DNA of 24,000 nucleotides from an uncultured Saprospiraceae bacterium (GCA_964589705.1 CAZPUF010000006.1:1-24000), one strand, 5' to 3'. Shown: positions 1 to 9,520, counted from the stretch's first letter. Numbers and translations are program-made. The notes: generated from the sequence alone by a model not told the origin.

Positions 1-1512
1 CCCAGCCATAATCATTCTTGCTACCCATAAGAAAATTATATCCCATCCAGTAACCAATACAGTTGTTGGATAATAGTATTCAATCTCCTTTCTGTCATAG
101 AAGCCATCAAATACACTCATTGGCCACAACCAAGATGAAAACCAAGTATCCAATACATCTTCATCTTGCTTTAAGTCTTCAATTTTCAATGTTTTATTGC
201 CAGTTTTCTCTTTGGCTTGAGCAAGTGCTTCTTCAGGTGTTTCTGCCACAAATACCTCATCCCCCAAATAATAGGCTGGAATTCGCTGCCCCCACCAGAG
301 TTGTCTCGATATGCACCAGTCACGAATGTTTTCCATCCAATGCCTGTAAGTATTTTTATACTTCTTAGGAAAGAAATCAACTGTATCATTCATCACAGCC
401 TCTAGCGCGGGTTCTGCTATGCGCTTCATATCTACGTACCACTGCAAGGATAGTTTAGGTTCTACGATAGCATTGGTACGTTCCGAGCGACCAACATTAT
501 GTACTAAATCTTCTTCTTCTACTAACTGTCCTGCTTCTCTAAGATCTGCTAGTATTAGCTTTCTGGCTTTAGCTCTGTCCTCTCCTACATAGAGCTTACC
601 AGCCTCGCTAACGGTCCCATCATCATTCATCATATCGATGACTTCAAGATTATGGGTCTTACCTATTTCATAATCGTTAGGATCATGCGCGGGTGTCACT
701 TTGAGTGCTCCAGTCCCAAACTCCTTGTCGACATAGCTATCGAAAATGATAGGAATCGCTCTGCCCAACAAAGGGACAATTGCTTTCTTTCCTTTAAAAT
801 GAGTATATCGTTCATCCTCAGGATTAACTGCTATCCCTGTATCCCCCAAAATAGTTTCTGGTCTTGTGGTCGCTATCGTGATGTAGTTAGCTTCTCCTTC
901 TATCTTATACTTAACGTGATATAGTTTGGCAGATTCTTCTTTGTATAGAACCTCTTCGTTAGATAGTACTGTCTGAGCTACTGGGTCCCAATTAACCATG
1001 CGTTGTCCCCGGTATAACTTACCTCTCTTATATAGTGAGACAAACACTTTGATGACGGCATTATATCGCTCTTCATCCATTGTAAATGCTGTTCTGTCCC
1101 AATCACATGAGGCCCCTAATTTTTTGAGTTGTTGCAAAATGATGCCACCATACTTATGTGTCCAATCCCAGGCATGTGTTAAAAATTCTTCTCTGGTCAA
1201 ATCAGATTTCTTAATCCCCTTCTCTCTAAGTGCTCTCACAACTTTTGCTTCAGTGGCAATAGATGCATGATCGGTCCCAGGCACAAAACAAGCATTCTTA
1301 CCTTCCAATCTGGCTTTCCTAGTGAGAACATCTTGTATAGTGACATTGAGCATATGTCCCATATGCAATACACCGGTAACGTTAGGCGGCGGTATAACAA
1401 TGGTATATGGTTCTCTGTCATCTGGCTTTGACTGGAAATACTTTCTTTCTTCCCAGTACTTATACCATTTCTCCTCTATCTGACTGGGATCGTATTTATT
1501 ACTCTTTTCCAT
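1..1512 (-). CDS. valS: Valyl-tRNA synthetase, N-terminal part (gene continues past the left edge)
   Basis: Minus-strand frame opens at the ATG at 1512 ([26 protein letters not shown]...) and has class I motif [13 protein letters not shown] and [13 protein letters not shown]. The frame is still open at base 1 (...ARMIMAG). It is absent from the ORF track because no stop lies inside the window. Confidence 0.95.
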   Translation of the reverse strand, partial: MEKSNKYDPSQIEEKWYKYWEERKYFQSKPDDREPYTIVIPPPNVTGVLHMGHMLNVTIQDVLTRKARLEGKNACFVPGTDHASIATEAKVVRALREKGIKKSDLTREEFLTHAWDWTHKYGGIILQQLKKLGASCDWDRTAFTMDEERYNAVIKVFVSLYKRGKLYRGQRMVNWDPVAQTVLSNEEVLYKEESAKLYHVKYKIEGEANYITIATTRPETILGDTGIAVNPEDERYTHFKGKKAIVPLLGRAIPIIFDSYVDKEFGTGALKVTPAHDPNDYEIGKTHNLEVIDMMNDDGTVSEAGKLYVGEDRAKARKLILADLREAGQLVEEEDLVHNVGRSERTNAIVEPKLSLQWYVDMKRIAEPALEAVMNDTVDFFPKKYKNTYRHWMENIRDWCISRQLWWGQRIPAYYLGDEVFVAETPEEALAQAKEKTGNKTLKIEDLKQDEDVLDTWFSSWLWPMSVFDGFYDRKEIEYYYPTTVLVTGWDIIFLWVARMIMAG

Positions 1513-1631
1513 ACCTCAAAGATATAATTACAGATTCAAGGAAACCATAATATGTTTTATAGAAAAAAATCACTTCCCTTTACACCAAATATCTCTTAAC
1601 TTACATCTAATGATTACAACCGCTCTTATTC

Positions 1632-2186
1632 GTGTATAATGAATCACATATCATAGTAAAATGTAAAGCCCAGGATAGGGTTGCTCAAAAGACCTTATAC
1701 ACTAGGTATGCACCGCTGTTTTTTAGCATTTGCTTGAGATACATAAAAAATAGACCTGCAGCGGAGGATGTGATGATTGAGAGTTTTTACAGAATCTATA
1801 GTAAAATCAATCAATACAAGGGTAAAGGCAGTTTTGAGGGTTGGATGAAGCGAATTGTAATCAATGAATGTTTGATGTATCTGCGCAAAAACAATAACAT
1901 GAACATGCATCTCGAATTGGAAAAGGCTAAGAATATTAGCGAACCAGCTCAGATAATAAGTAACATCAATTTCAAAGAAGTCGTAGAACTACTGCAGCAA
2001 TTGCCTGCTGGTTATAGAACTATATTCAATCTGTATGTCATAGAGGGTTATAAGCATAGAGAAATTGCTGAAGAACTAGGGATAAGTATCAATACCAGTA
2101 AGTCCCAATTAATTTTGGCAAAAAAGAGACTTAGAGCACTCTACAAAAAAAAACATAATTATCACGTAAACTCAAACCAAATTTGA
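1632..2186 (+). CDS. ECF-type RNA polymerase sigma-70 family factor
   Basis: 184 aa with region 2-like YAPLFFSICLRYIKNRPAAEDVMIESFYRIYSKINQYKGKGSFEGWMKRIVINECLMYLRK and region 4-like LQQLPAGYRTIFNLYVIEGYKHREIAEELGISINTSKSQLILAKKRLR. GTG start is uncertain. Confidence 0.9.
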   Translation: MYNESHIIVKCKAQDRVAQKTLYTRYAPLFFSICLRYIKNRPAAEDVMIESFYRIYSKINQYKGKGSFEGWMKRIVINECLMYLRKNNNMNMHLELEKAKNISEPAQIISNINFKEVVELLQQLPAGYRTIFNLYVIEGYKHREIAEELGISINTSKSQLILAKKRLRALYKKKHNYHVNSNQI

Positions 2187-2192
2187 ATCCTA

Positions 2193-2540
2193 GTGAAAGA
2201 ATTTGACCACATAAAGAAGACTTCGCAATCAGCACAGACTCCACCTCCATCTCGAATCTGGGATAATGTGACCAGAAGGTTGGATAATGATAACAATGAG
2301 CACCTAATATCAAAGAGACAGCAGTATAGATGGTTCAGCATGACTGCTGCGTGTATAGCTTTTATTGCCGTGGGTTCAATGATATATCTCGAATCTAATA
2401 CACTGTCTGAGCCACCAAAAGGACATATAGCTGGATGGGAGGAACTTCAATCTACAAATTCAGCCTTTTACGATTCAAAAAAACTACATGGCCTTTATCA
2501 AGCCTATAATTCAAGGCAAGGAACCAATAATCCTATTTGA
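2193..2540 (+). CDS. Short single-TM protein, probable anti-sigma-like partner of the upstream ECF factor
   Basis: Begins 6 nt after the sigma factor (GTG start), has a cytosolic N-terminus and one TM segment (WFSMTAACIAFIAVGSMIYL). Position and topology fit an anti-sigma factor. Confidence 0.55.
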   Translation: MKEFDHIKKTSQSAQTPPPSRIWDNVTRRLDNDNNEHLISKRQQYRWFSMTAACIAFIAVGSMIYLESNTLSEPPKGHIAGWEELQSTNSAFYDSKKLHGLYQAYNSRQGTNNPI

Positions 2541-3732
2541 ATGGGCTTCTAGGCTGCCAATCATTTTCCGGGACGAATTGAGCCAACAATCTAGGCAGTA
2601 ATTTATTTATAGGCTTATTATGATACTTGAGATGTACATACATCTCATGGGGTACCGCGCCTACACTACTTTTAATTTCTAAAGCAGTTCGACTTAGATT
2701 TAGATAGCTGGCGTTGTCTTCTATAGCTGTCTCTATAAGTTTGAGTAGGATATTAAAGTAGATCTGATACGTTGAATTCAATTGGACATCATAACCAAGA
2801 AAGTGAGCATCCCCTTGGGGACCATTACTTATATAGGTGTAAAAGGCTATTAACTTTTCATCTAAGAATACACCGACCAACTTCAGTTTATCACCCATCT
2901 GCTTCTTAAGCGCTCCAAAATAGCCCTCACCCAATAGAAATAAGCTAAAGACCGCTCTATCAGCTGTTTTCTTATAGAGCTTATACATATCATTATTATA
3001 TCTCTCAGCACCAGCTTCATCAAGTTCTCTAAAGGTAAGCGCATCGCCTTTCTTCTTTACTTTTTTGAATTTGACTCTGTATTTTGATTTGACGGCTTTG
3101 AGATAATCATCATAAGTTGTCCAATCTTCATGCAAATGAATGACCATATCGGGCTGCACAACAAACTGAGTATAATCTTGATGGTTAAATGTTAATTTCT
3201 GCAAAGGTCCTTCCTTATAGAAATCCTTGAGTAAGGTGCTATTGATCTTTACGCCTTGCTCTTTTTTCGCATAGACTATAACCTCTGATAGTATTGTGGA
3301 AGCCAACTCTGAAGTATGAGTGGTTATTGCAGCATCTAGCCTCATCCCGAACTCCCCTGTCAATAATACATTACCACAAACAAGGATATTATGTTTGATA
3401 AAACCAAAGGCGAACTTAGTCAGTGACACCTTAATTTTTTCCCAAAGAGCTTCACTATGTGCATGTACTCTGAAATCTTCCTTAAGCTTGATTTGTTTGC
3501 ATTGACAATATACTAGCCCAACGATCTGCTCTTGCAGATATACACAGACATAATAGTATCTATAACCTATTGGACCTTGGGATTCCAGGACACTTAAATA
3601 ATCTGATTGTACGTACACATTCTCACCACAATGCCTGTCCCACTGCTCAATAATATTGCTGATATTATCAGTAATAGTAATGCTCAAGCCCTTATAGCTT
3701 GGAACAGAAAGTGATGTTGAATACGGCGTCAT
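2533..3732 (-). CDS. GNAT/FemAB-like (BioF2-like) acyltransferase-type protein
   Basis: 399 aa. The C-terminal half reads YFGALKKQMGDKLKLVGVFLDEKLIAFYTY...DAHFLGYD...LNLSRTALEIKSSVGAVPHEMYVHLKYHNKPINKLLP, the pattern of Bacteroidota FemAB/GNAT-like proteins. Confidence 0.6.
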   Translation of the reverse strand: MTPYSTSLSVPSYKGLSITITDNISNIIEQWDRHCGENVYVQSDYLSVLESQGPIGYRYYYVCVYLQEQIVGLVYCQCKQIKLKEDFRVHAHSEALWEKIKVSLTKFAFGFIKHNILVCGNVLLTGEFGMRLDAAITTHTSELASTILSEVIVYAKKEQGVKINSTLLKDFYKEGPLQKLTFNHQDYTQFVVQPDMVIHLHEDWTTYDDYLKAVKSKYRVKFKKVKKKGDALTFRELDEAGAERYNNDMYKLYKKTADRAVFSLFLLGEGYFGALKKQMGDKLKLVGVFLDEKLIAFYTYISNGPQGDAHFLGYDVQLNSTYQIYFNILLKLIETAIEDNASYLNLSRTALEIKSSVGAVPHEMYVHLKYHNKPINKLLPRLLAQFVPENDWQPRSPFK

Positions 3733-3760
3733 TAATTATGTAAGAATGCTTGATATAAGA

Positions 3761-4267
3761 TTATTGTATTTCGCGTATAGCTTTATAGGCTTGAGACCAT
3801 TTATAAGAATTACATTTTTCTAATCCACATTGTGCTCTAAACCAATATTCGATAGCCATTTGAAGATCATTATTGATACTCATGAATGTTGAAAAATTAT
3901 CTCCAAGTTTCTTATTATCTACTGTGGCATATGAACTCACTAAGAATCTATGCTCTACTGTGTCAGTTTTAAATGAAAATAAACTCAAAGGTTTGACATT
4001 AACAGTCTGGCCCTTCTCTAGTCGTTGACTAAGTATAATTGTTTTTAATGGCGTCTTTCTATTATCGTGAGTCACTTCTCCAACATTAAAGAAAGGTGGC
4101 ACCTCCAAGTCTTCAAATGGAGAATACACCTCACCTGCTGGCACAAAGATGGTAGATTCCAAAATACCATCTTTATATAAAACATCAGGCTTCTCTGATT
4201 TGGAGGAATTTGAGCATGAAAACAGTAGCGAAAGGGCTACCAAAGCAAATATAATTTGGTTTGACAT
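3761..4267 (-). CDS. Hypothetical lipoprotein
   Basis: Starting at the internal ATG (4267), MSNQIIFALVALSLLFSCSNSSKS is a good lipoprotein signal peptide (LLFSC). The track ORF starts at a GTG at 4291, which is less plausible. Confidence 0.6.
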   Translation of the reverse strand: MSNQIIFALVALSLLFSCSNSSKSEKPDVLYKDGILESTIFVPAGEVYSPFEDLEVPPFFNVGEVTHDNRKTPLKTIILSQRLEKGQTVNVKPLSLFSFKTDTVEHRFLVSSYATVDNKKLGDNFSTFMSINNDLQMAIEYWFRAQCGLEKCNSYKWSQAYKAIREIQ

Positions 4268-4290
4268 TGGAGTATTTCTGTGATCTAACA

Positions 4291-4308
4291 CTAATATTGC
4301 AATATTAG
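4291..4308. promoter_or_regulatory. Perfect 18-bp palindrome CTAATATTGCAATATTAG in a divergent intergenic region
   Basis: The sequence equals its own reverse complement. It lies between the lipoprotein gene (start 4267, minus) and the ArsS operon (start 4403, plus). A partial copy, CTAAATATTAG, follows at once. Confidence 0.4.
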
Positions 4309-4402
4309 CTAAATATTAGATTTGTCACCATCTAACATAGATGCTGATGACAGATGACGTTTAAGTAATTAATTCGTTTACTTTGCAGCAAATTTAGATT
4401 CA

Positions 4403-4738
4403 ATGAGTCAATCTTACTTTAAACCAGAAGACTTAAAAAAGTTTGGGAATATTACCGATTTCCAAAAAGAGTATGGCGAAAAGTTCTTTGAGTACTATAA
4501 CTCTGTGTTTCAAGAAGGTAGTCTAACTGCTCGTGAGAAGGCATTAATCGCGTTGGCTGTTGCTCATGCTGTTAATTGCCCTTACTGTATGGATGCCTAT
4601 ACCAATGCCTGCCTTAAGAAAGGCGCTGATGAAGAACAAATGATGGAAGCAGTCCATGTTGCTGGCGCAATAAAGTGTGGTGCTACCTTAGTAAATAGTG
4701 TTCAGATGATGAATCAGGTAAATAAAAAATTAATGTAA
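4403..4738 (+). CDS. Carboxymuconolactone decarboxylase/AhpD-like protein (ArsS-associated peroxidase-like)
   Basis: AhpD-type motif AVNCPYCMDAYTNACLKKGADEEQMMEAVHVAGAI. Translationally coupled to the next gene (TAATG overlap at 4736-4740). Confidence 0.8.
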   Translation: MSQSYFKPEDLKKFGNITDFQKEYGEKFFEYYNSVFQEGSLTAREKALIALAVAHAVNCPYCMDAYTNACLKKGADEEQMMEAVHVAGAIKCGATLVNSVQMMNQVNKKLM

Positions 4739-5808
4739 TGGGGGTAAAGCAAAAGACTAAAAGTTTAAAGGCGAGAGGAAGTAGCCTTTCTAGCACATTC
4801 ATGCAACTGAAGGTCCTTAGTGGTCGTGAGGAGGTTAAGGTTGATATTCCCCATTTCGAAAAAAGGATAGGAGAACACGGATTAGATCAAGGTATCCTAC
4901 CTTCTAAGGTTGACATATTTCAGATTAATATCGGAAAATTATGCAACCAGACCTGTGCTCACTGCCATGTAGATGCTGGTCCTGATAAGAAAGAGGAAAA
5001 TATGGATTTGGCCACTCTTGAGAAGTGCCTTGAGATAATCATCGATCATGATATCCCTACTGTGGATATTACAGGTGGAGCGCCTGAGATGAATCCACAC
5101 TTTAGATGGTTTGTAGAGGAGTGTTATAAAGCTGGTAAAAAAGTGATGGTGAGATGTAATCTGACGATTATAATGGCTAATAAAAAATACCATGATCTGC
5201 CGGATTTCTTTAAAGCTAATGGGGTTCAAGTTGTTTCTTCACTACCTTACTTCAGCAAAAACCGAACAGATTCTCAGAGGGGAGATGGTGTCTTTGAAGA
5301 TAGTATATCCGCTCTACAGCGCCTTAATGAAGTAGGTTATGGCAAAGAAGGTACTGGCTTGATTTTGGATTTAGTACACAATCCTTCTGGAGCATATCTT
5401 CCTGGAAACCAAGCTGAATTAGAGTCAGAATTCAAAAGACAACTCAAGACGAAGTTTGATATAGAGTTCAATGCCTTATATGCTATTACAAATCTGCCAG
5501 TGAGTAGATTCTTGGAGTACCTAATAGAGAGTGGTAATTACGAAGAGTATATGATTGAGCTGTCAAATGCATTTAATCCCATGACATTGGATGGATTAAT
5601 GTGCAAGAATACATTATCTATTAGCTGGGATGGATATATCCATGATTGTGACTTCAATCAAATGTTGGATTTAAAATCAAATGTCAAGCATCCGCATATC
5701 AATGACTTTGATATGGATAGCTTAATGGCCCGAAAAATTATTACAAACCAACATTGCTATGGTTGCACTGCTGGTGCAGGAAGTAGCTGTGGTGGGGAGG
5801 TTGTTTAA
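4738..5808 (+). CDS. arsS: ArsS-family radical SAM protein (DUF3641-type C-terminus; arsenosugar biosynthesis annotation family)
   Basis: Radical SAM CxxxCxxC motif in INIGKLCNQTCAHCHVDAGPDKKEENM, a VDITGGAPEMNPHFRWFV segment, and Cys-rich C-terminus HCYGCTAGAGSSCGGEVV. Confidence 0.85.
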   Translation: MGVKQKTKSLKARGSSLSSTFMQLKVLSGREEVKVDIPHFEKRIGEHGLDQGILPSKVDIFQINIGKLCNQTCAHCHVDAGPDKKEENMDLATLEKCLEIIIDHDIPTVDITGGAPEMNPHFRWFVEECYKAGKKVMVRCNLTIIMANKKYHDLPDFFKANGVQVVSSLPYFSKNRTDSQRGDGVFEDSISALQRLNEVGYGKEGTGLILDLVHNPSGAYLPGNQAELESEFKRQLKTKFDIEFNALYAITNLPVSRFLEYLIESGNYEEYMIELSNAFNPMTLDGLMCKNTLSISWDGYIHDCDFNQMLDLKSNVKHPHINDFDMDSLMARKIITNQHCYGCTAGAGSSCGGEVV

Positions 5809-5912
5809 TAGCATTGCGGTCTGTAACTTCAATTTTAACCTAGATTTATATTGCATAACAAATTATTATGCTGATAGCAATCGTTAATTTTGCAGTGCTT
5901 TAATAACAAATT

Positions 5913-6662
5913 ATGACTATTAGACTTTTAGTTGGACTTATCACTTGGTCCTTCGTTATGCTTTCTTGCAAAACAACAAAAGAGGTTATCCAACCGACAG
6001 TGAATCTGGAAGATGTGGCCGTCACTCAGGACGATCTTGTATTTAAATTGAAAAAAGGAGCTTGTTATGGAAGCTGCCCTCATTATGAGTTCAATATATA
6101 TGACAATATGTATGCTGAATTTATTGGGGCTAGGAATACAGATAAAATTGGCACTTATGCAAAATTTATCACAAAGGAAGAATTTACAAATCTGACATCT
6201 GAGTTTGACAAAGCCAAATTTCATGATCTGGACGATAATTACCCCAGTAATATAGCAGACCTACCTACTATGAGGATATCATATAATAAGGATGCAGTAT
6301 TGAAAACAGTAGCAGGGAAGCGAGAAAGACCAGAATCTGTCCACAAACTTCAATTCATGTTAGAAAAGATAGCAGAACACCAGGAGGGATGGACTAAGAT
6401 TAGCGATAACACAGGAATAAATGTTGAAGCAAAAATTAATAAATCACAGATTGTAGTTGATATAGCAAAAGGCAACGAGTTGGCGAGATGGTTTGATAAG
6501 ATGAAAACTCAATTTGGATTTCAAATTGTGGAAAGGTTAAAAAATGATAGTAGTTCTTGGTTGATTACTTATAACACTAAGAAACATACACCTGAAGAAG
6601 TCCTCACCTACCTTCAATCCGATCCTGTTGTAGGTTCTGCAGAATTCAAAAAAGAAAATTAA
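5913..6662 (+). CDS. Lipoprotein with DUF6438-like domain
   Basis: Lipoprotein signal LLVGLITWSFVMLSCKTTK, then KKGACYGSCPHYEFNIYDNMYAEFIG typical of DUF6438. Confidence 0.6.
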   Translation: MTIRLLVGLITWSFVMLSCKTTKEVIQPTVNLEDVAVTQDDLVFKLKKGACYGSCPHYEFNIYDNMYAEFIGARNTDKIGTYAKFITKEEFTNLTSEFDKAKFHDLDDNYPSNIADLPTMRISYNKDAVLKTVAGKRERPESVHKLQFMLEKIAEHQEGWTKISDNTGINVEAKINKSQIVVDIAKGNELARWFDKMKTQFGFQIVERLKNDSSSWLITYNTKKHTPEEVLTYLQSDPVVGSAEFKKEN

Positions 6663-6749
6663 ACATCCTTTTATATCGCTATCAGATGTGACTTAGAAGA
6701 TGCATTTCAGTCATATTACAGATATCTTTGATATAAAATTTCAAGTGAT

Positions 6750-7718
6750 ATGGGTAGAATATTTATAATGGTGACGGTTATGTTTTGGAGTGCGATATGT
6801 GTTGCTCAAAATCATATAGTTGTAGACAAAGCTATCCAGGCAAAAGTCAATCAACACAACCAGACCTACTTCACTCATGAGATAAAGAAAGGAGAAACCT
6901 TATATAGTCTTGCAAGGTATTTCAAAATACCTCTCACTGACTTACTGCTAGTGAACAAAATGAAAAGCGGTAAAACGCTTCCCCTCGGTGCAACCGTAAT
7001 TATTCCCCTAGCTGTAGAGCACATTAAAAATACAGCTTACAAAAAATCTGATAGCTGGACACCAATATACTACCAAGTCAAAAAACAAGAAACGCTATAT
7101 AGAATATCGAAGGTCTATTTTCCTCAACAATTGGAGGACTTAATTAAAAGAAACAACACGAGATCATTTGCTGTCAAGCCAGGAGAGCATCTATTGGTCG
7201 GTTGGTGGGCAGCACCTCAGGATGAAAAAGACTTATCTGACTTAACCAGACGTATCAAGCAAAGATTGAAAGAACGGTTACAGAATAATGGGCCTCCAGT
7301 CACCCAAGCTCCAGAGCAAACACCTACTTCATCCGATACGTTATCTACGGCTACTGAAAGTGATGAACTGATCAGTGAGCTTGATGATATTTTATCTCAG
7401 ATAGAAGATATATCAGAGAACACTGACTCCACTGATACCCAAGTCACAGAATTCAATTATAAGAAAGGTATTGCCTATTGGGATAAAGAAGGCCACGATA
7501 GAGAAAATCTATTTGTGATGCACAGTAAGGCAAAAGCTAATTCATATATCAGTTTGAGATATTCTGTGACAGGGAAGGAAGTAACCGCGCAGGTTATCAG
7601 CCCAATTCCATCCAATTTGTATGCTGCAGATGTTGACATAGTCATTACGCCGGCAGTGGCCCAAGCATTAGGCGCATTAGATAGTCGATTTGAGATTCAA
7701 ATGGACTATTACGAATAA
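6750..7718 (+). CDS. Secreted LysM-repeat protein
   Basis: Signal peptide plus two LysM-like units: HEIKKGETLYSLARYFKIPLTDLLLVNKM and YQVKKQETLYRISKVYFPQQLEDLIKRNN. C-terminal part resembles a DPBB-like domain. Confidence 0.8.
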   Translation: MGRIFIMVTVMFWSAICVAQNHIVVDKAIQAKVNQHNQTYFTHEIKKGETLYSLARYFKIPLTDLLLVNKMKSGKTLPLGATVIIPLAVEHIKNTAYKKSDSWTPIYYQVKKQETLYRISKVYFPQQLEDLIKRNNTRSFAVKPGEHLLVGWWAAPQDEKDLSDLTRRIKQRLKERLQNNGPPVTQAPEQTPTSSDTLSTATESDELISELDDILSQIEDISENTDSTDTQVTEFNYKKGIAYWDKEGHDRENLFVMHSKAKANSYISLRYSVTGKEVTAQVISPIPSNLYAADVDIVITPAVAQALGALDSRFEIQMDYYE

Positions 7719-7733
7719 GAAAACAAAGAGAAA

Positions 7734-8708
7734 ATGTATCATAAAAACGTGCTTTCAACGATTGGTAATACGCCACTCATCAAACTCAACAAGGTAGTGG
7801 AGGATATTCCAGGCACAATTTTAGCCAAGGTGGAGACTTTTAATCCAGGCCATAGCATTAAAGACAGAATGGCTTTGATGATGATAGAAGATGCTGAAAA
7901 AGATGGCAGACTCCAACCTGGTGGCACTATTATAGAATGCACTTCAGGTAATACAGGTATGGGCTTAGCGTTAGCCGCTTGTGTCAAAGGATATAAATGC
8001 ATCTTTACCACAACCGATAAGCAATCGCCAGAAAAATTTGACATACTTAGGGCTGTTGGCGCTGAAGTCATTGTCTGCCCTACAAATGTAACTGCAGATG
8101 ATCCGCAATCCTATTATTCTGTTGCCGAGAGGTTATCTAAAGAAACTCCCAACTCCTTCTGGTGCAATCAATATGATAATCTATCTAATAGAAAAGCACA
8201 CTATCTCTCAACGGGCCCAGAGATATGGAAACAAACGGAAGGTAAAATCACTCATCTGCTAGCTGGGGTTGGTACAGGTGGCACCATATCTGGAACGGGA
8301 AAATATTTAAAAGAACAAAATCCAAATATCAGAATTCTTGGAATAGACACCTATGGATCTGCATTGAAGAAATATCATGAAACGGGCGAATTAGATGAAG
8401 GTGAGATTTATCCATACATCACTGAAGGCATTGGGGAAGATATTATTCCTGCCAATATCGACTTTGAAACGATAGACAGAATGGAGAAGGTTACAGATAA
8501 GGATGGTGCATTGATGTGCAGAAGATTGGCAAGGGAAGAAGGCTTATTGCTGGGGTACTCAGCAGGGTCAGCTGTTGCTGGATTAGGGAAATTTGCTGAT
8601 GAATTAAATGACGATTCTTTGGTTGTTATTATCATACATGACCACGGCACACGTTATATAGGTAAGATGTACAATGATGAATGGATGAAAAAAAATGACT
8701 TCATCTAA
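7734..8708 (+). CDS. Cystathionine beta-synthase/cysteine synthase family PLP enzyme, short form without C-terminal CBS domains
   Basis: PLP-lysine motif ETFNPGHSIKDRMA, TSGNTGMGLALA, GVGTGGTISGTGKYLKE, EGIGEDIIPANIDF. Confidence 0.88.
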   Translation: MYHKNVLSTIGNTPLIKLNKVVEDIPGTILAKVETFNPGHSIKDRMALMMIEDAEKDGRLQPGGTIIECTSGNTGMGLALAACVKGYKCIFTTTDKQSPEKFDILRAVGAEVIVCPTNVTADDPQSYYSVAERLSKETPNSFWCNQYDNLSNRKAHYLSTGPEIWKQTEGKITHLLAGVGTGGTISGTGKYLKEQNPNIRILGIDTYGSALKKYHETGELDEGEIYPYITEGIGEDIIPANIDFETIDRMEKVTDKDGALMCRRLAREEGLLLGYSAGSAVAGLGKFADELNDDSLVVIIIHDHGTRYIGKMYNDEWMKKNDFI

Positions 8709-8740
8709 CTCAGCAATAAATTAATAATCAAACAACAACA

Positions 8741-9520
8741 ATGAAAAAAATATTAACCGCCTTTACATGCCTTGTCCTGATCTTGAGTTATTCATGCAGT
8801 GAGGACAATTGTGCAGATCTTGATTGTGGTCCAAATGGTGATTGTAATCCTGATACAGGTGCTTGTATGTGTGATCCAGGCTTTTCTGGCACCAACTGTG
8901 AAATTAATATTTGCGATACTACAGATTGTGGTTCCAATGGTACTTGTGACCCAGTTACAGGAGATTGTAATTGTGAAGAAGGATACTCAGGAGAAAACTG
9001 CGAAATTAATGTATGCGACACTGTAGACTGTGGGCCAAATGGAGATTGCTTTGAGAGAGACGGTACCTGTATTTGCAACCCAGGTTTTGAAGGAGAAAGA
9101 TGTGAAACAGAAACCAGATCAAATTTTGTTGGGGAATATATCGGTGATATTGTTCCATGCGTACCAAGTATACTGGCATCACAAATTCCAGATGACATAT
9201 TAGAATCACTAACGATGACACCTATAGAAGTTACGCCTAATGCTGAAGATATTTCATCGGTTGACATCGGAGCAAGCAATAGTATGGTTTTAGGTCTCTC
9301 TGTCGTCGCCAATATCACTGAAGAATCTTTTACTATAGACGAATTCATGCAAGAATTGGAGGTTGATACCCCTATTGGCACAGTTACAATTACAGTTATC
9401 GGAGAAGGGACTGGATCTTTTATTGACAATGATAATATGCAACTCAATTTGAGTCTTGTATATCAAACAGTTTTAGGAGTATTCAATAGTGAATGCGAAA
9501 TCATATTTACAAAACAGTAA
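8741..9520 (+). CDS. Lipoprotein with three tandem EGF-like modules
   Basis: Lipoprotein signal CLVLILSYSCSEDN, then three Cys-rich EGF-like units (CGPNGDCNPDTGACMCDPGFSGTNCEI and similar). Confidence 0.8.
   Translation: MKKILTAFTCLVLILSYSCSEDNCADLDCGPNGDCNPDTGACMCDPGFSGTNCEINICDTTDCGSNGTCDPVTGDCNCEEGYSGENCEINVCDTVDCGPNGDCFERDGTCICNPGFEGERCETETRSNFVGEYIGDIVPCVPSILASQIPDDILESLTMTPIEVTPNAEDISSVDIGASNSMVLGLSVVANITEESFTIDEFMQELEVDTPIGTVTITVIGEGTGSFIDNDNMQLNLSLVYQTVLGVFNSECEIIFTKQ
8810..9103 (+). repeat. Three tandem 34-aa (102-nt) EGF-like coding repeats
   Basis: First Cys of each unit falls at codons 24, 58 and 92 of the 8741 ORF; pattern C(x4)C(x5)C...C-x-C(x8)C. Confidence 0.8.

Noticed and set aside
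63-1421. Track ORFs 63..368(+), 186..389(-), 217..405(+), 652..924(+), 998..1270(+) and 1236..1421(-)
   Set aside because: Those on the plus strand are antisense to valS. 186..389 and 1236..1421 are out-of-frame minus-strand ORFs within valS. The real coding frame (1512 down to 1) shows clear valyl-tRNA synthetase motifs.
5853-5871. Short hairpin GCATAA-caaatta-TTATGC after arsS
   Set aside because: Only a 6-bp AT-rich stem with no T-run; not distinguishable from chance in this composition.
6723-6730. TATCTTTG matching the Bacteroidota -7 promoter element upstream of the LysM gene
   Set aside because: The short motif is expected often in AT-rich DNA and I found no convincing -33 partner.
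7739-8650. Minus-strand ORFs 7739..8071 and 8408..8650
   Set aside because: They are antisense to the cystathionine beta-synthase-like gene, which has all expected PLP-enzyme motifs.
7734-8708. Possibility that the CBS-like enzyme is a cysteate synthase serving a sulfonolipid branch of the lipid operon
   Set aside because: Sequence features (EGIGEDIIPANIDF, C-terminal GTRYIGKMYNDEWM) fit cystathionine beta-synthase, and the gene lies more than 4 kb upstream of the operon with fabH and bshB1 on the opposite strand in between.
8788-9447. 219-aa antisense ORF opposite the EGF lipoprotein gene
   Set aside because: Low-complexity Ser/Pro/Val/Gln-rich translation mirrors the repeats on the plus strand. 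The plus frame has a lipoprotein signal and EGF cysteine spacing. Best explained as a shadow ORF.
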